Below are positions 9,187 to 17,405 of a stretch of 64,000 nucleotides of DNA, piece by piece; the stretch's first letter is position 1; each line of letters begins with the position of its first letter. The stretch is from an uncultured Candidatus Saccharibacteria bacterium. GTDB taxonomy: Bacteria; Patescibacteriota; Minisyncoccia; Phycocordibacterales; Phycocordibacteraceae. The position numbers and the translations under genes are program-made. Below the pieces are notes generated by a model. That model ran no database searches, was not told the DNA's origin, and saw only the letters and a list, made by a program, of their open reading frames with translations. The DNA lies in the NCBI GenBank assembly GCA_964593365.1, contig CAZQGQ010000001.1:50153-114152 (forward strand), written 5' to 3'.

Positions 9187-9927
9187 CTAATGAACTTCGA
9201 AACTCGTAGGATTGAATTGAGGAGTATCGTGACCTACATGTACCAACAGAAGCACATTCTCTACCCTTTTGAAAAATTGAATGGCATGCATATTTCGAAG
9301 CGGACTACAAAGCTGATACGCAGCTTCTGGATCTTGCTCATAAAATGCTTCAGTAGGATAAACGGCAAATAATGTTTCACCAGGAATCTGAATTCCTACT
9401 ACACCACCATCTTCCGCAATATAGTCTTTTACTTTGCAGTTAGCTCTTGCTAGGGGATGAGGAAGCGCGCTCACCAAAGAAGCAATAAACTTTTTGGTGT
9501 CTTGTCCTTCCTCTAAGATCCAGTAATCCACAATAGGTCTTCCCTCTATATCGTTACCGCTCACGTCATCCAATGCGTACTCTCCTCCAGTAATCGGGAC
9601 AATTTGCGAACCGGTGTTTCGGAAACTCAACGCATACGAATCGCAGTGCGTATACTCAAATGTAATTGTTTGAGCGTATGGAGAAAAAGGTGCCAACTCT
9701 ACGGAAGCCGTACGAATGTCACATCCGTCATCTGCGGGCCAGCCCCGTTCCATCCTGGCTCTCCAGGTATCTGTTGAAATGGCTAGTTCTTGCTCCAGCG
9801 CCTGATCATCGATGTGAGTCTCTGTTCTAGTCCCGCTTACATACGAGACGTAGAAAGCGCCTAGTAGCACTACTACTGCCAAAATGGTTCCTATAACGGC
9901 TACTGGATCTTTGAGCAAGGATTTCAT
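9187..9927 (-). CDS. Hypothetical membrane-anchored or secreted protein
   Basis: 246 aa. N-terminal hydrophobic helix VAVIGTILAVVVLLGAFYV. No recognisable domain. Confidence 0.45.
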   Translation of the reverse strand: MKSLLKDPVAVIGTILAVVVLLGAFYVSYVSGTRTETHIDDQALEQELAISTDTWRARMERGWPADDGCDIRTASVELAPFSPYAQTITFEYTHCDSYALSFRNTGSQIVPITGGEYALDDVSGNDIEGRPIVDYWILEEGQDTKKFIASLVSALPHPLARANCKVKDYIAEDGGVVGIQIPGETLFAVYPTEAFYEQDPEAAYQLCSPLRNMHAIQFFKRVENVLLLVHVGHDTPQFNPTSFEVH

Positions 9928-9956
9928 GAGCTAAGTATATAGCTTATATCCGGCTG

Positions 9957-10652
9957 CTACAGACCAATAGTTTTGAGAAATGTCTTCAGTTCCGCTCCTT
10001 CGATCTTTCGGAACGCACCTGAAGAAAGGGAATCAAGGGCGATATTCAAAACACGCACACGTTCAAGCGTGTCCACCTCGTTATGCATGGCAGACACCAT
10101 GCGGCGGATCTGATGCTTCTTACCTTCGGTGAGCGTAATACGAAACGTCTTGCCTCCAAGGATTTTTACGGTACATGGCTTGGTGCGGTAGCCTTCGATA
10201 TCAACGCCTGCCTCCATGTATTCCTTGAAACTGCTGCGAAGTGGCTGCTTGGTACGCACTACGTACTCCTTCTCGTGCTCGTGAACAGGATTGAGCATGC
10301 GGTCAGTGACGCGGCCGTCATTGGTAAGGAGCATGAGCCCGCTTGAGTCTTTATCTAGTCTCCCGATAGGGAAGGTCCCGCGTAGTTCAGGAACCTCTAT
10401 CGTGATGCCGTTGATATCGTCTTCTCCGTCTTGGGCTGAGTGCGTCATGATCCCCCGGGGCTTGTGGTACGCATAGTAGGAGTACGCTTTCTGCTTGTGT
10501 GAGGCTCGGACTTCGACCAGGTCACGCTCCTCTACTTTGTCGCCAAGGAGCGCTTTGCGTCCGTTAATAGTTATTTTGCCTTCCTGTATAAGAGTGTCTG
10601 CGCCACGGCGGGTCGCAAGACCTTTCTGGGCAAGATACTTATTAATACGCAT
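9957..10652 (-). CDS. Pseudouridine synthase, RsuA/RluB family (S4 domain plus PseudoU_synth_2)
   Basis: MRINKYLAQKGLATRRGADTLIQEGKITINGR is an S4 domain; GRLDKDSSGLMLLTNDG is the catalytic Asp motif. The track ORF extends to 10769, but I prefer the internal ATG at 10652 (MRINKYL), which matches the family N-terminus. Confidence 0.75.
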   Translation of the reverse strand: MRINKYLAQKGLATRRGADTLIQEGKITINGRKALLGDKVEERDLVEVRASHKQKAYSYYAYHKPRGIMTHSAQDGEDDINGITIEVPELRGTFPIGRLDKDSSGLMLLTNDGRVTDRMLNPVHEHEKEYVVRTKQPLRSSFKEYMEAGVDIEGYRTKPCTVKILGGKTFRITLTEGKKHQIRRMVSAMHNEVDTLERVRVLNIALDSLSSGAFRKIEGAELKTFLKTIGL

Positions 10653-10715
10653 AGGGAATGCCGGCGGTTCCATGAATCGACTATAGCAGGAGTAACCTTC
10701 GGTATACTCGTAGCC

Positions 10716-11039
10716 ATGAATCTCATACCGCCTCAGGAGGTCGCGCAGGCAGCTGCAGAAGGGCTGCAATTACGTAGAAAGTGGCGACGGGGCGGAACGG
10801 TGGTGGGCCAATCAGTGGCCGCATTCCTTGTACGCCGAGAGCCGGTTCCGGCGTCGCTCATCCTGCGCATGTATTCGTACTTCGCACGACATGAGGTTGA
10901 TAAGAAGGGAAAATACTTCTTTGATCCTTCCAGGCCCTCAAACGGGTATATCGCCTGGCAGCTGTGGGGTGGGGACGCGGGCCGAGCATGGGCCACTGAG
11001 TGCAGAGAAGGTATGAGATCTGAAAAGAAGAAGCCCTAG
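10716..11039 (+). CDS. Hypothetical small protein (107 aa)
   Basis: Complete ORF GYIAWQLWGGDAGRAW.... A minus-strand ORF overlaps it on the opposite strand, so its coding status is uncertain. Confidence 0.3.
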   Translation: MNLIPPQEVAQAAAEGLQLRRKWRRGGTVVGQSVAAFLVRREPVPASLILRMYSYFARHEVDKKGKYFFDPSRPSNGYIAWQLWGGDAGRAWATECREGMRSEKKKP

Positions 11040-11081
11040 AAGCTAATATCACTCAAGCATTTCTGCTAGAATGGCTCGTAT

Positions 11082-11606
11082 ATGAAACAACTTGATCCAA
11101 AAGCCGTCTGGCTCTTTTTCCTTGGTTCGTTCTTCCAGTTCGCGTACACGATAATTCTAATCGCGTTCTTCTGGTTCATGTTCAACGCGGAGGATGAGAA
11201 CACGTGGTCAGCAGCACTCAGCAACATTGGTCTATACGTAGTAGGAATTCTTATTGTTGCCGCGGTCCTCGCCTTTGTATGGGCGAAGCTGACTTACCAC
11301 TTCTATCGCTACGAGATTACCGACGCGGGGTTCCGTAAGGAGTCAGGCGTCATCTGGAAGCGATATGTGACTATCCCGTACACGCGCATCCAGAACGTGG
11401 ATATCTACCGCGGCATCATCGCCCGCATTCTTGGTCTCTCTGACCTCCATATCCAGACCGCAGGAGCAAGCGCTTCTATGGGCCGGTATGGCGCAATGGG
11501 CGTAGGCTCTGAAGGGCGATTGATGGGACTTTCAAAAGCTGATGCAGAAGTGCTTCGCGATGAGCTCATCAACCGAGCGCGTGCCAATACCGGGCAGGGC
11601 GTATAG
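11082..11606 (+). CDS. Membrane protein with a bacterial PH domain (YdbS/YdbT-like, DUF304)
   Basis: 174 aa. Two N-terminal TM helices, then YRYEITDAGFRKESGVIWKRYVTIPYTRIQNVDIYRGIIARILGLSDLHIQTAG, typical of bPH_2. Confidence 0.6.
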   Translation: MKQLDPKAVWLFFLGSFFQFAYTIILIAFFWFMFNAEDENTWSAALSNIGLYVVGILIVAAVLAFVWAKLTYHFYRYEITDAGFRKESGVIWKRYVTIPYTRIQNVDIYRGIIARILGLSDLHIQTAGASASMGRYGAMGVGSEGRLMGLSKADAEVLRDELINRARANTGQGV

Positions 11607-11627
11607 CCGCTTAGACTTGAGCGTAAA

Positions 11628-11660
11628 TAAAATAACCACCTAAAGGGTGGTTATTTTGTA
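11628..11660. terminator. Bidirectional terminator between convergent genes
   Basis: AAATAACCACC-taaa-GGGTGGTTATTTTGT. Confidence 0.6.
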
Positions 11661-11675
11661 CCGAGGAAACCAGCG

Positions 11676-12095
11676 CTACGGGCGCAAATACTGCCTGGTT
11701 GCGATATAGGCAATAACAATTCCTAGAACCGCTAGAGCGTAGTCTTCCCAAAACAGCTCGTATCCCTGCCAGAAGTCTAGGACAAAGCCAAGAATCGTAA
11801 GGAGGACGAACCCGATCGTGGTGTAGAGAACCGCCTTCCTATAGTCGGTGATGAGGTAGCGCTTACTCGCATAGCGGGCCTGATGCATGATGCTGATCCA
11901 CATCACTACGAACGTCAGGATGTTCATAACGATGAGGCCGGTAGTCGTCATTGCCCATTGATCGATATAAAAGTCAGGGCTCACCATGCCCACGAGAAAG
12001 ACCAGGGCGATGATTATGATGGTCGTTAGAATGGATACTGAAACGGATACGAAGAAGGCGATCCACCAAAGCGATGCGGGTTTTTGTTCAGTCAT
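11676..12095 (-). CDS. Hypothetical integral membrane protein (3-4 TM helices)
   Basis: 139 aa, highly hydrophobic helices. Confidence 0.5.
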   Translation of the reverse strand: MTEQKPASLWWIAFFVSVSVSILTTIIIIALVFLVGMVSPDFYIDQWAMTTTGLIVMNILTFVVMWISIMHQARYASKRYLITDYRKAVLYTTIGFVLLTILGFVLDFWQGYELFWEDYALAVLGIVIAYIATRQYLRP

Positions 12096-12248
12096 GCAAT
12101 TGATTGTAATGCTTAGGACCTTTGCGCGGGAATCTGCTGGGGATAATTGATCGTTCGTGCCGTCTTCATCAATTCCGCATGATATTCTTGGTTATGTTAG
12201 AGGCACTGTGCGAAAGACCGTCTCAATAGCTAACCCAAAATATGAACT

Positions 12249-13664
12249 ATGCGTACTAACACTTTATACAGAAACGTAGCTGCCTTTGTAACGGCAGCCG
12301 CGCTTTCGCTCTCAGTATTTGCGATGATGCCGGCACTTCCGGCACGCGCCGCTGACTGCGGATTCACTCGCGACATGCAGGTAGGAACCTCAGGAGATGA
12401 TGTGAAGTGCCTTCAGATCTATCTGAACTCTACTGGTTTCTTGGTCGCAAGCACGGGAGTAGGATCTCCAGGACAGGAGACGACCCTCTTCGGAGGACTT
12501 ACCAAAGACGCAGTCATGCGTTGGCAGTCTGCAAACCAGGTAACGCCTGCAAGCGGCTACTTCGGAATGCTCTCGCGCGCAAAGTATGCGTCGATTGCTT
12601 CTGGCGGAACCACGCCTCCTCCGTCAACTCCATCAACAGATGAGACCCGGGCACGCATCGCTCTTCTTGAAGCGGTGTCTGCATACCAGGACGCAGTTGA
12701 TGAGGATGACAACGCAAGCGAGGATGTCGGCGACACCCTCTTGGATGCATTCGTAGCATTCCTTGACCGCGACTACTCAGAAGCGATCAGCCTTGCACAG
12801 GATGCTGAATCTGACGCGAAGGACATCACTGACAACTCAGATGATGACGACAACGATGATGACGACAACAATGGCGATGAACAGGATGCTGAAGACGCCA
12901 TCGAAGACGCTGAGAACGCCATCGAAGACGCTCAGGAGGACATCGACGACTCTACCCAGTCAAACGGCGACATCAGTGACGCTGAGGAGCTCCTCGAGGA
13001 TGCGGAAGCAGCCCTTGATGACGCTAACGAAGCCCTTGATGACGAAGAGTTTGATGAGGCAATCGAGCAGGCCGAAGAAGCACAGGACCTTGCTGAAGAG
13101 GCAAGCGACATTGCAAACGGCAACGAGGACGATGATGACGACAGCTCTGACGAGGAAGACGCCCAGGATGCAATCGACAATGCTGACGAAGCTATTGACG
13201 ATGCGCAGCAGGCGATCGACGACTCAGATGAATCTATCGGCACCAAGGAAGAAGCTCAGGACCTTGTTGACGAAGCAGAAGACAAGCTCGACGTCGCTCA
13301 GGAAGAGTTTGACGACGAGAAGTACGATTCCGCAATGGACCGCGCTGACGAAGCTCTCGAGCTCGCAGAAGAAGCGCAGGATATTGCAGAAGGAGGAAGT
13401 GGCAGTAACGATGACGCCGACGAGGGCGACGCAGAAGACGCTCTCGACGATGCTGAGAACGCCATCGATGATGCATGGGAAGCAGTCGACGACTCTGATG
13501 CGTCAAACGACGACATCGAGGAAGCCGAGGACCTTCTCGAGGAAGCAGAAGATGTTCTCGCCGAGGCAGAAGATGCCTACGACGACGAGAACTATGATGA
13601 CGCAGTTGAGCTAGCCGAGGAAGCTGAAGACCTTGCCGACGAGGCAATGAACTTGGTCGACTAA
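12249..13664 (+). CDS. Secreted peptidoglycan-binding-domain protein with a long poly-acidic (Asp/Glu) repeat region
   Basis: Signal peptide MRTNTLYRNVAAFVTAAALSLSVFAMMPALPARA. PG_binding_1-like segment DMQVGTSGDDVKCLQIYLNSTGF...TLFGGLTKDAVMRWQ. Then about 300 aa that are over 40% D/E, with roughly three ~70 aa repeats (EEFDDE.YD.A...AEEAQDLAEEA.DIA.G..DDDD). Confidence 0.7.
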   Translation: MRTNTLYRNVAAFVTAAALSLSVFAMMPALPARAADCGFTRDMQVGTSGDDVKCLQIYLNSTGFLVASTGVGSPGQETTLFGGLTKDAVMRWQSANQVTPASGYFGMLSRAKYASIASGGTTPPPSTPSTDETRARIALLEAVSAYQDAVDEDDNASEDVGDTLLDAFVAFLDRDYSEAISLAQDAESDAKDITDNSDDDDNDDDDNNGDEQDAEDAIEDAENAIEDAQEDIDDSTQSNGDISDAEELLEDAEAALDDANEALDDEEFDEAIEQAEEAQDLAEEASDIANGNEDDDDDSSDEEDAQDAIDNADEAIDDAQQAIDDSDESIGTKEEAQDLVDEAEDKLDVAQEEFDDEKYDSAMDRADEALELAEEAQDIAEGGSGSNDDADEGDAEDALDDAENAIDDAWEAVDDSDASNDDIEEAEDLLEEAEDVLAEAEDAYDDENYDDAVELAEEAEDLADEAMNLVD

Positions 13665-13685
13665 GCAGACCGCTCATACGTGCAA

Positions 13686-13718
13686 AGAAAGCCGCCCTTC
13701 ACGGGGCGGCTTTCTTCA
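13686..13718 (+). terminator. Rho-independent terminator
   Basis: GAAAGCCGCCC-ttcac-GGGGCGGCTTTCTTC. Confidence 0.6.
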
Positions 13719-13752
13719 TGCAGAGAACTTTCTCAAAAGGTACTATGGAGGG

Positions 13753-14898
13753 ATGGAACCGCTCGCAGCACGCCTACGCCCCAAGACTATCGCAGAGGTA
13801 GTAGGGCAAGAACACCTGGTCGCTGAAGGGAAGCCGCTTCGCGTTGCTATCGAGAAGAAGCACCGCTTCTCGTTTCTTCTGTGGGGCCCTCCGGGAACCG
13901 GGAAGACGACGATCGCCCGCATCTACGCCAAAGCCCTTGACGCGGAGCTGTATGAGCTTTCAGCGGTGTCTGCAGGCAAGGACGACATCCGCCGGATCGT
14001 CGACGGAGGCGCTTCTTCCGGAAAGCTTCCGTTCGGGAAGCCGAAGGTGCTCTTTCTTGATGAAATCCACCGCTTCAACAAAAGCCAACAGGATTTCCTC
14101 CTTCCGTTTGTTGAAAGCGGAGAGCTGACCTTGATCGGGGCGACGACCGAGAATCCTTCCTTCGAAGTTATTCCCGCGCTCCTTTCTCGTTGCCGCGTGT
14201 TCGTGCTCGAGCCCTTGTCTGAAGAGGCTTTGAAGAAGATCGTGAAGCGCTCGAAGCTCAAGGTAGGCAAAGAAGCGTTCGATTGGCTCTTGGGCTACGC
14301 AAACGGAGACGCTAGACGTGCGCTTACTATGCTCGAAGGAGCAGAGTCCTTGTATGGGGAAGTGACGCCAGCCACCTTAGCGAGCGCGCTTGAGTCCCCG
14401 CATCTTCGCTACGACAAGAAGGGAGACGAGCACTACGACACCATAAGCGCGTTCATTAAGAGCATGCGGGCTTCGCAGCCTGATGCGGCCGTCTATTATC
14501 TTGCGCGCATGGTGGAGGCAGGAGAGGATCCTCTCTTCATCGCCCGACGAATGGTCATCTTCGCTTCAGAGGACATTGGTCTTGCTCAGCCGACGGCGCT
14601 TGTCGTTGCTAATGCCGTGTTTCGCGCCTGCGAGACGATCGGCTACCCTGAGTGCGCCATCAACCTCGCGCACGGAGTTGCCTACCTTGCTAACTGCAAG
14701 AAAGAAAAGAGCGCGTACGAAGCGCTTCGCGAAGCGCAAGCAGACATAGCGAAATTCGGGAATCTTCCGGTTCCTATGAACATCCGTAACGCTCCAACCA
14801 AGCTCATGAAAGAGCTCGGGCACGGCAAAGGCTACAAGCGCTATGACACGGAGAGCTATATGCCCGAGAAGCTGAAGAACAAGAAGTATTTCAAATAA
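13753..14898 (+). CDS. rarA: Replication-associated recombination protein A (AAA+ ATPase, MgsA/RarA)
   Basis: 381 aa. [15 protein letters not shown], Walker [26 protein letters not shown]. Confidence 0.85.
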   Translation: MEPLAARLRPKTIAEVVGQEHLVAEGKPLRVAIEKKHRFSFLLWGPPGTGKTTIARIYAKALDAELYELSAVSAGKDDIRRIVDGGASSGKLPFGKPKVLFLDEIHRFNKSQQDFLLPFVESGELTLIGATTENPSFEVIPALLSRCRVFVLEPLSEEALKKIVKRSKLKVGKEAFDWLLGYANGDARRALTMLEGAESLYGEVTPATLASALESPHLRYDKKGDEHYDTISAFIKSMRASQPDAAVYYLARMVEAGEDPLFIARRMVIFASEDIGLAQPTALVVANAVFRACETIGYPECAINLAHGVAYLANCKKEKSAYEALREAQADIAKFGNLPVPMNIRNAPTKLMKELGHGKGYKRYDTESYMPEKLKNKKYFK

Positions 14899-14901
14899 AG
14901 T

Positions 14902-14935
14902 AAAAGCCTCCCACAAGGGAGGCTTTCACGTACAG
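14902..14935. terminator. Bidirectional terminator between rarA and the convergent SBP gene
   Basis: AAAAGCCTCCC-acaa-GGGAGGCTTT. The reverse complement is followed by a T-rich tract on the SBP side. Confidence 0.55.
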
Positions 14936-14943
14936 CACACTAG

Positions 14944-16059
14944 TTAGTTTTTAATTGTGATTGGAAGGCCGTCGATCACTTGTTTCAGAACGTATGGCTT
15001 CGTGAATGCCCGCTTGCCGTCTGAGGTGAGTGTGCCGGAAGCGCCGGTATAGACCTCTATCTTTGCAAGATAGTCCTTAACGACTTCGGGATCTTCGGAA
15101 CCGGTCTCTTCCATTGCTTCTGCGATCATCATGATTGCGTCGTAGGCTGAGTCAGCACCAATCTCAACATCGCGGTTGTACGCTGCTTGGTACTTTGCTT
15201 CAAAGTCAGACGTGGGCGTGAGAGAGGTTGGGAAGATCATTCCGTTACAGCTGTCACCGCATTGCGTAATGATGCCCTTGTCGACGGTAATGTTGAAGAG
15301 TGGGAGCGTTGATCCGAACTCCTTAAGCTGGCGAGCAGTCACAACCGTAAGGCCAGTCCCGTCGGTCGTCATAACAACCGCGTCGACTGACTTGTCGATA
15401 AGCACCTTCTGGATCTCTGTACGTTCGTCAGAGGTTCCGAGAATTGGCTCGTAGATATGTGCGACCGTTCCTCCAAGCTGTTCGAAGCGCTTCTTGAACG
15501 CAGCTGTCTGGAGCGTCACCCATACGTCATTTGCTCCAAAGAGCGCAACCTTTCGATGTCCTCGCTCATACACGATGTCTGCGAGGTCAGCAGAAAGGAT
15601 CTCGTCATGCTGCCAGGTGTTGAAGAGGTACTCGCTGCTTTCGTTGAACGCAGGAGCGCCAAGAGAAGGAGAGATCACGACCACCTTAGCGGCCGCAGCA
15701 ACGGGAGCGACAGCAAGGCCGGTATTCGACCAGTTAAGGCCGACGATGAACTTGGCCCCGTCAGCAGTAGTGAGCTTCTTGAAGGCACTGATGGACTTCT
15801 GAGAGTCCCCCGCATCGTCCTCATAGATGCCGCGGAGCTGCTTTCCGTTAACTCCTCCGCGCGCGTTCACTTCTTTAATGGCAAGCTCCATGCCGTTTCG
15901 AGACGCTTCGCCCCAGGTGGCTCCTTCGCCTGAAAGGATCATGATGCCGCCAATGGGGATAGAGCCTTCATTAGAGGTGTTGCCTTTCGTTACTCCTACT
16001 CCAACAAGCACGATGAGCACCAGGAGAACAATGGCACCAAGGATAAATTTCTTGTTCAT
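14944..16059 (-). CDS. ABC transporter substrate-binding protein, PBP type 1 (LivJ/branched-chain amino acid family), membrane-anchored. Cassette 1 SBP.
   Basis: 371 aa. N-terminal TM anchor, then IPIGGIMILSGEGATWGE...GGVNGKQL...DD, the Peripla_BP_6 signature. Confidence 0.8.
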   Translation of the reverse strand: MNKKFILGAIVLLVLIVLVGVGVTKGNTSNEGSIPIGGIMILSGEGATWGEASRNGMELAIKEVNARGGVNGKQLRGIYEDDAGDSQKSISAFKKLTTADGAKFIVGLNWSNTGLAVAPVAAAAKVVVISPSLGAPAFNESSEYLFNTWQHDEILSADLADIVYERGHRKVALFGANDVWVTLQTAAFKKRFEQLGGTVAHIYEPILGTSDERTEIQKVLIDKSVDAVVMTTDGTGLTVVTARQLKEFGSTLPLFNITVDKGIITQCGDSCNGMIFPTSLTPTSDFEAKYQAAYNRDVEIGADSAYDAIMMIAEAMEETGSEDPEVVKDYLAKIEVYTGASGTLTSDGKRAFTKPYVLKQVIDGLPITIKN

Positions 16060-16143
16060 GGATAGTTGCTAGGTAAATAATTCTTATAAGTCATAACTTG
16101 ACTCTGGGGGGAATTATTGTGTAGTGCCTACCTATGGTCAATA

Positions 16144-16181
16144 TTTGTCGAACATATGTTGACAAAAGGTTGACAACATAT
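16144..16181. promoter_or_regulatory. Putative operator: inverted and direct repeats of TTGTCGA/TTGACAA around a CATATG core
   Basis: TTTGTCGAACATATGTTGACAAAAGGTTGACAACATAT sits between divergent SBP and regulator genes, 13 nt upstream of the regulator ATG. Confidence 0.4.
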
Positions 16182-16193
16182 AGACTTATACGT

Positions 16194-16958
16194 ATGAAAG
16201 ATTCCTTGCTTAGCTCTCTGGGTCTTTCTCCAAGCGAGATCCGGATCTACAACAGCATCATTAAAATAGGACCTTCAACGCCTCCTGTGTTTGGCAAAAG
16301 CGCAGGTATCAAACGAACAACGGCCTACAGTCTCGCGCGAGGGCTCGTTGAAAAAGGGCTTCTAAGCGAGGACGCAACGAAGCGCCCCCGACTCTTTAGC
16401 GTAGCGAGCCCTGCGGAGGTGCTTGCTCTTACACGCGCAGACAAAAAACGAGTTGCGGAACGCGAAGAGCTGTTGAAGGGCCTTGCAAAGGAACTTTCTA
16501 CGATCGCAGCGAGTCCTTCGTATGAGGTACCGACGGTCCGTTTTATTGAGGAGACAAAGATTATGGATTTCCTACGCCAACAGGCATTCGTATGGGACAA
16601 GAATATTCTCGAAAGCAAAGAAACGACGTGGTGGGGATTCCAAGACCACACCTTTGTGGAGCACTACGGGGAGTGGATCAGTTGGTATTGGGACAAGTGG
16701 CAAGAAGGAATAGACCTTAAGCTGTTAAGCAACCGGGCTCCTGTCGAAGTTAAGTTTGGTCCTAAGTACGCGTCTCGCAGGCATATAAAATTCTGGGGGG
16801 AAGCAGTGAACTTTCTTTCAACCACCTGGGCTATCGGGGATTACGTGGTGATGATCAATACCCGTACACGCCCGTTTTATCTCGTGGAGATACACTCAAA
16901 GCTTTTGGCGCACGACCAGCGCGAAGTCTTCCGAAACCTCTGGCCTCTGGTCCCATAA
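16194..16958 (+). CDS. Transcriptional regulator with N-terminal winged HTH (TrmB/MarR-like). Cassette 1 regulator.
   Basis: I prefer the ATG at 16194 (MKDSLLSSLGLSPSEIRIYNSIIKIG...TTAYSLARGLVEKGLL), which aligns with the N-termini of the seven paralogs. The track ORF starts at 16134. Confidence 0.7.
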   Translation: MKDSLLSSLGLSPSEIRIYNSIIKIGPSTPPVFGKSAGIKRTTAYSLARGLVEKGLLSEDATKRPRLFSVASPAEVLALTRADKKRVAEREELLKGLAKELSTIAASPSYEVPTVRFIEETKIMDFLRQQAFVWDKNILESKETTWWGFQDHTFVEHYGEWISWYWDKWQEGIDLKLLSNRAPVEVKFGPKYASRRHIKFWGEAVNFLSTTWAIGDYVVMINTRTRPFYLVEIHSKLLAHDQREVFRNLWPLVP

Positions 16959-16962
16959 AGAA

Positions 16963-16989
16963 AAAACCGCCCCGTAGGGCGGCTTTTCC
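16963..16989. terminator. Bidirectional terminator
   Basis: AAAACCGCCC-cgta-GGGCGGCTTTTCC. Confidence 0.6.
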
Positions 16990-17004
16990 TGAACGTAGCG
17001 TTCT

Positions 17005-17277
17005 TTACTTAACTGCGTCCTTGAGTGCCTTTGCTGCGCGGAACTTAGGTGTGCGAGTTGCAGCAATGCGGATGGTCTCTCCAGTGCGAGGGTTTCGTCC
17101 AGTTCGAGCTGGGCGAGCCTTTGCAACGAAGATCCCAAGACCTGCGACTGAAACCTCATCGCCTGACTTCAAGCCGGTGATGATCGAGTCAATAAAGGTC
17201 TCAACAGCGCGTTCTGCGTCCGCCTTCGTGCTGCCGAGAACATCCTGAACTTTGGATACGATGTCTGCTTTGTTCAT
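17005..17277 (-). CDS. hup: DNA-binding protein HU
   Basis: 90 aa. MNKADIVSKV...GLGIFVAKARPARTGRNPRTGETIRIAATRTPKFRAAKALKDAV. Confidence 0.9.
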   Translation of the reverse strand: MNKADIVSKVQDVLGSTKADAERAVETFIDSIITGLKSGDEVSVAGLGIFVAKARPARTGRNPRTGETIRIAATRTPKFRAAKALKDAVK

Positions 17278-17405
17278 GGTGTGTAGTTAGTTGATAATCC
17301 CTCGGCCAAGATACGAACGGCAGGGGATACCTAAAAAGTATAGGAAATGCGCCATTTTGTGCAATAGGGGTTGCCTTTTGCTCTGTATATCTCCTAATCC
17401 ACGCT

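Noticed and set aside
12514-13677. Long ORFs in alternative frames of the acidic-repeat gene (12763..13614 plus, 12932..13246 minus, 13234..13677 minus, 13298..13516 minus)
   Set aside because: Artefacts of the GAn/GAC-rich low-complexity repeat. They translate to Thr/Lys/Arg or Ser/Ala runs. The PG-binding frame with a signal peptide is the coherent one.
16134-16193. Upstream extension of the cassette 1 regulator ORF (MVNICRTYVDKRLTTYRLIR)
   Set aside because: It covers the putative operator repeats, and all paralogs start at the position equivalent to 16194.
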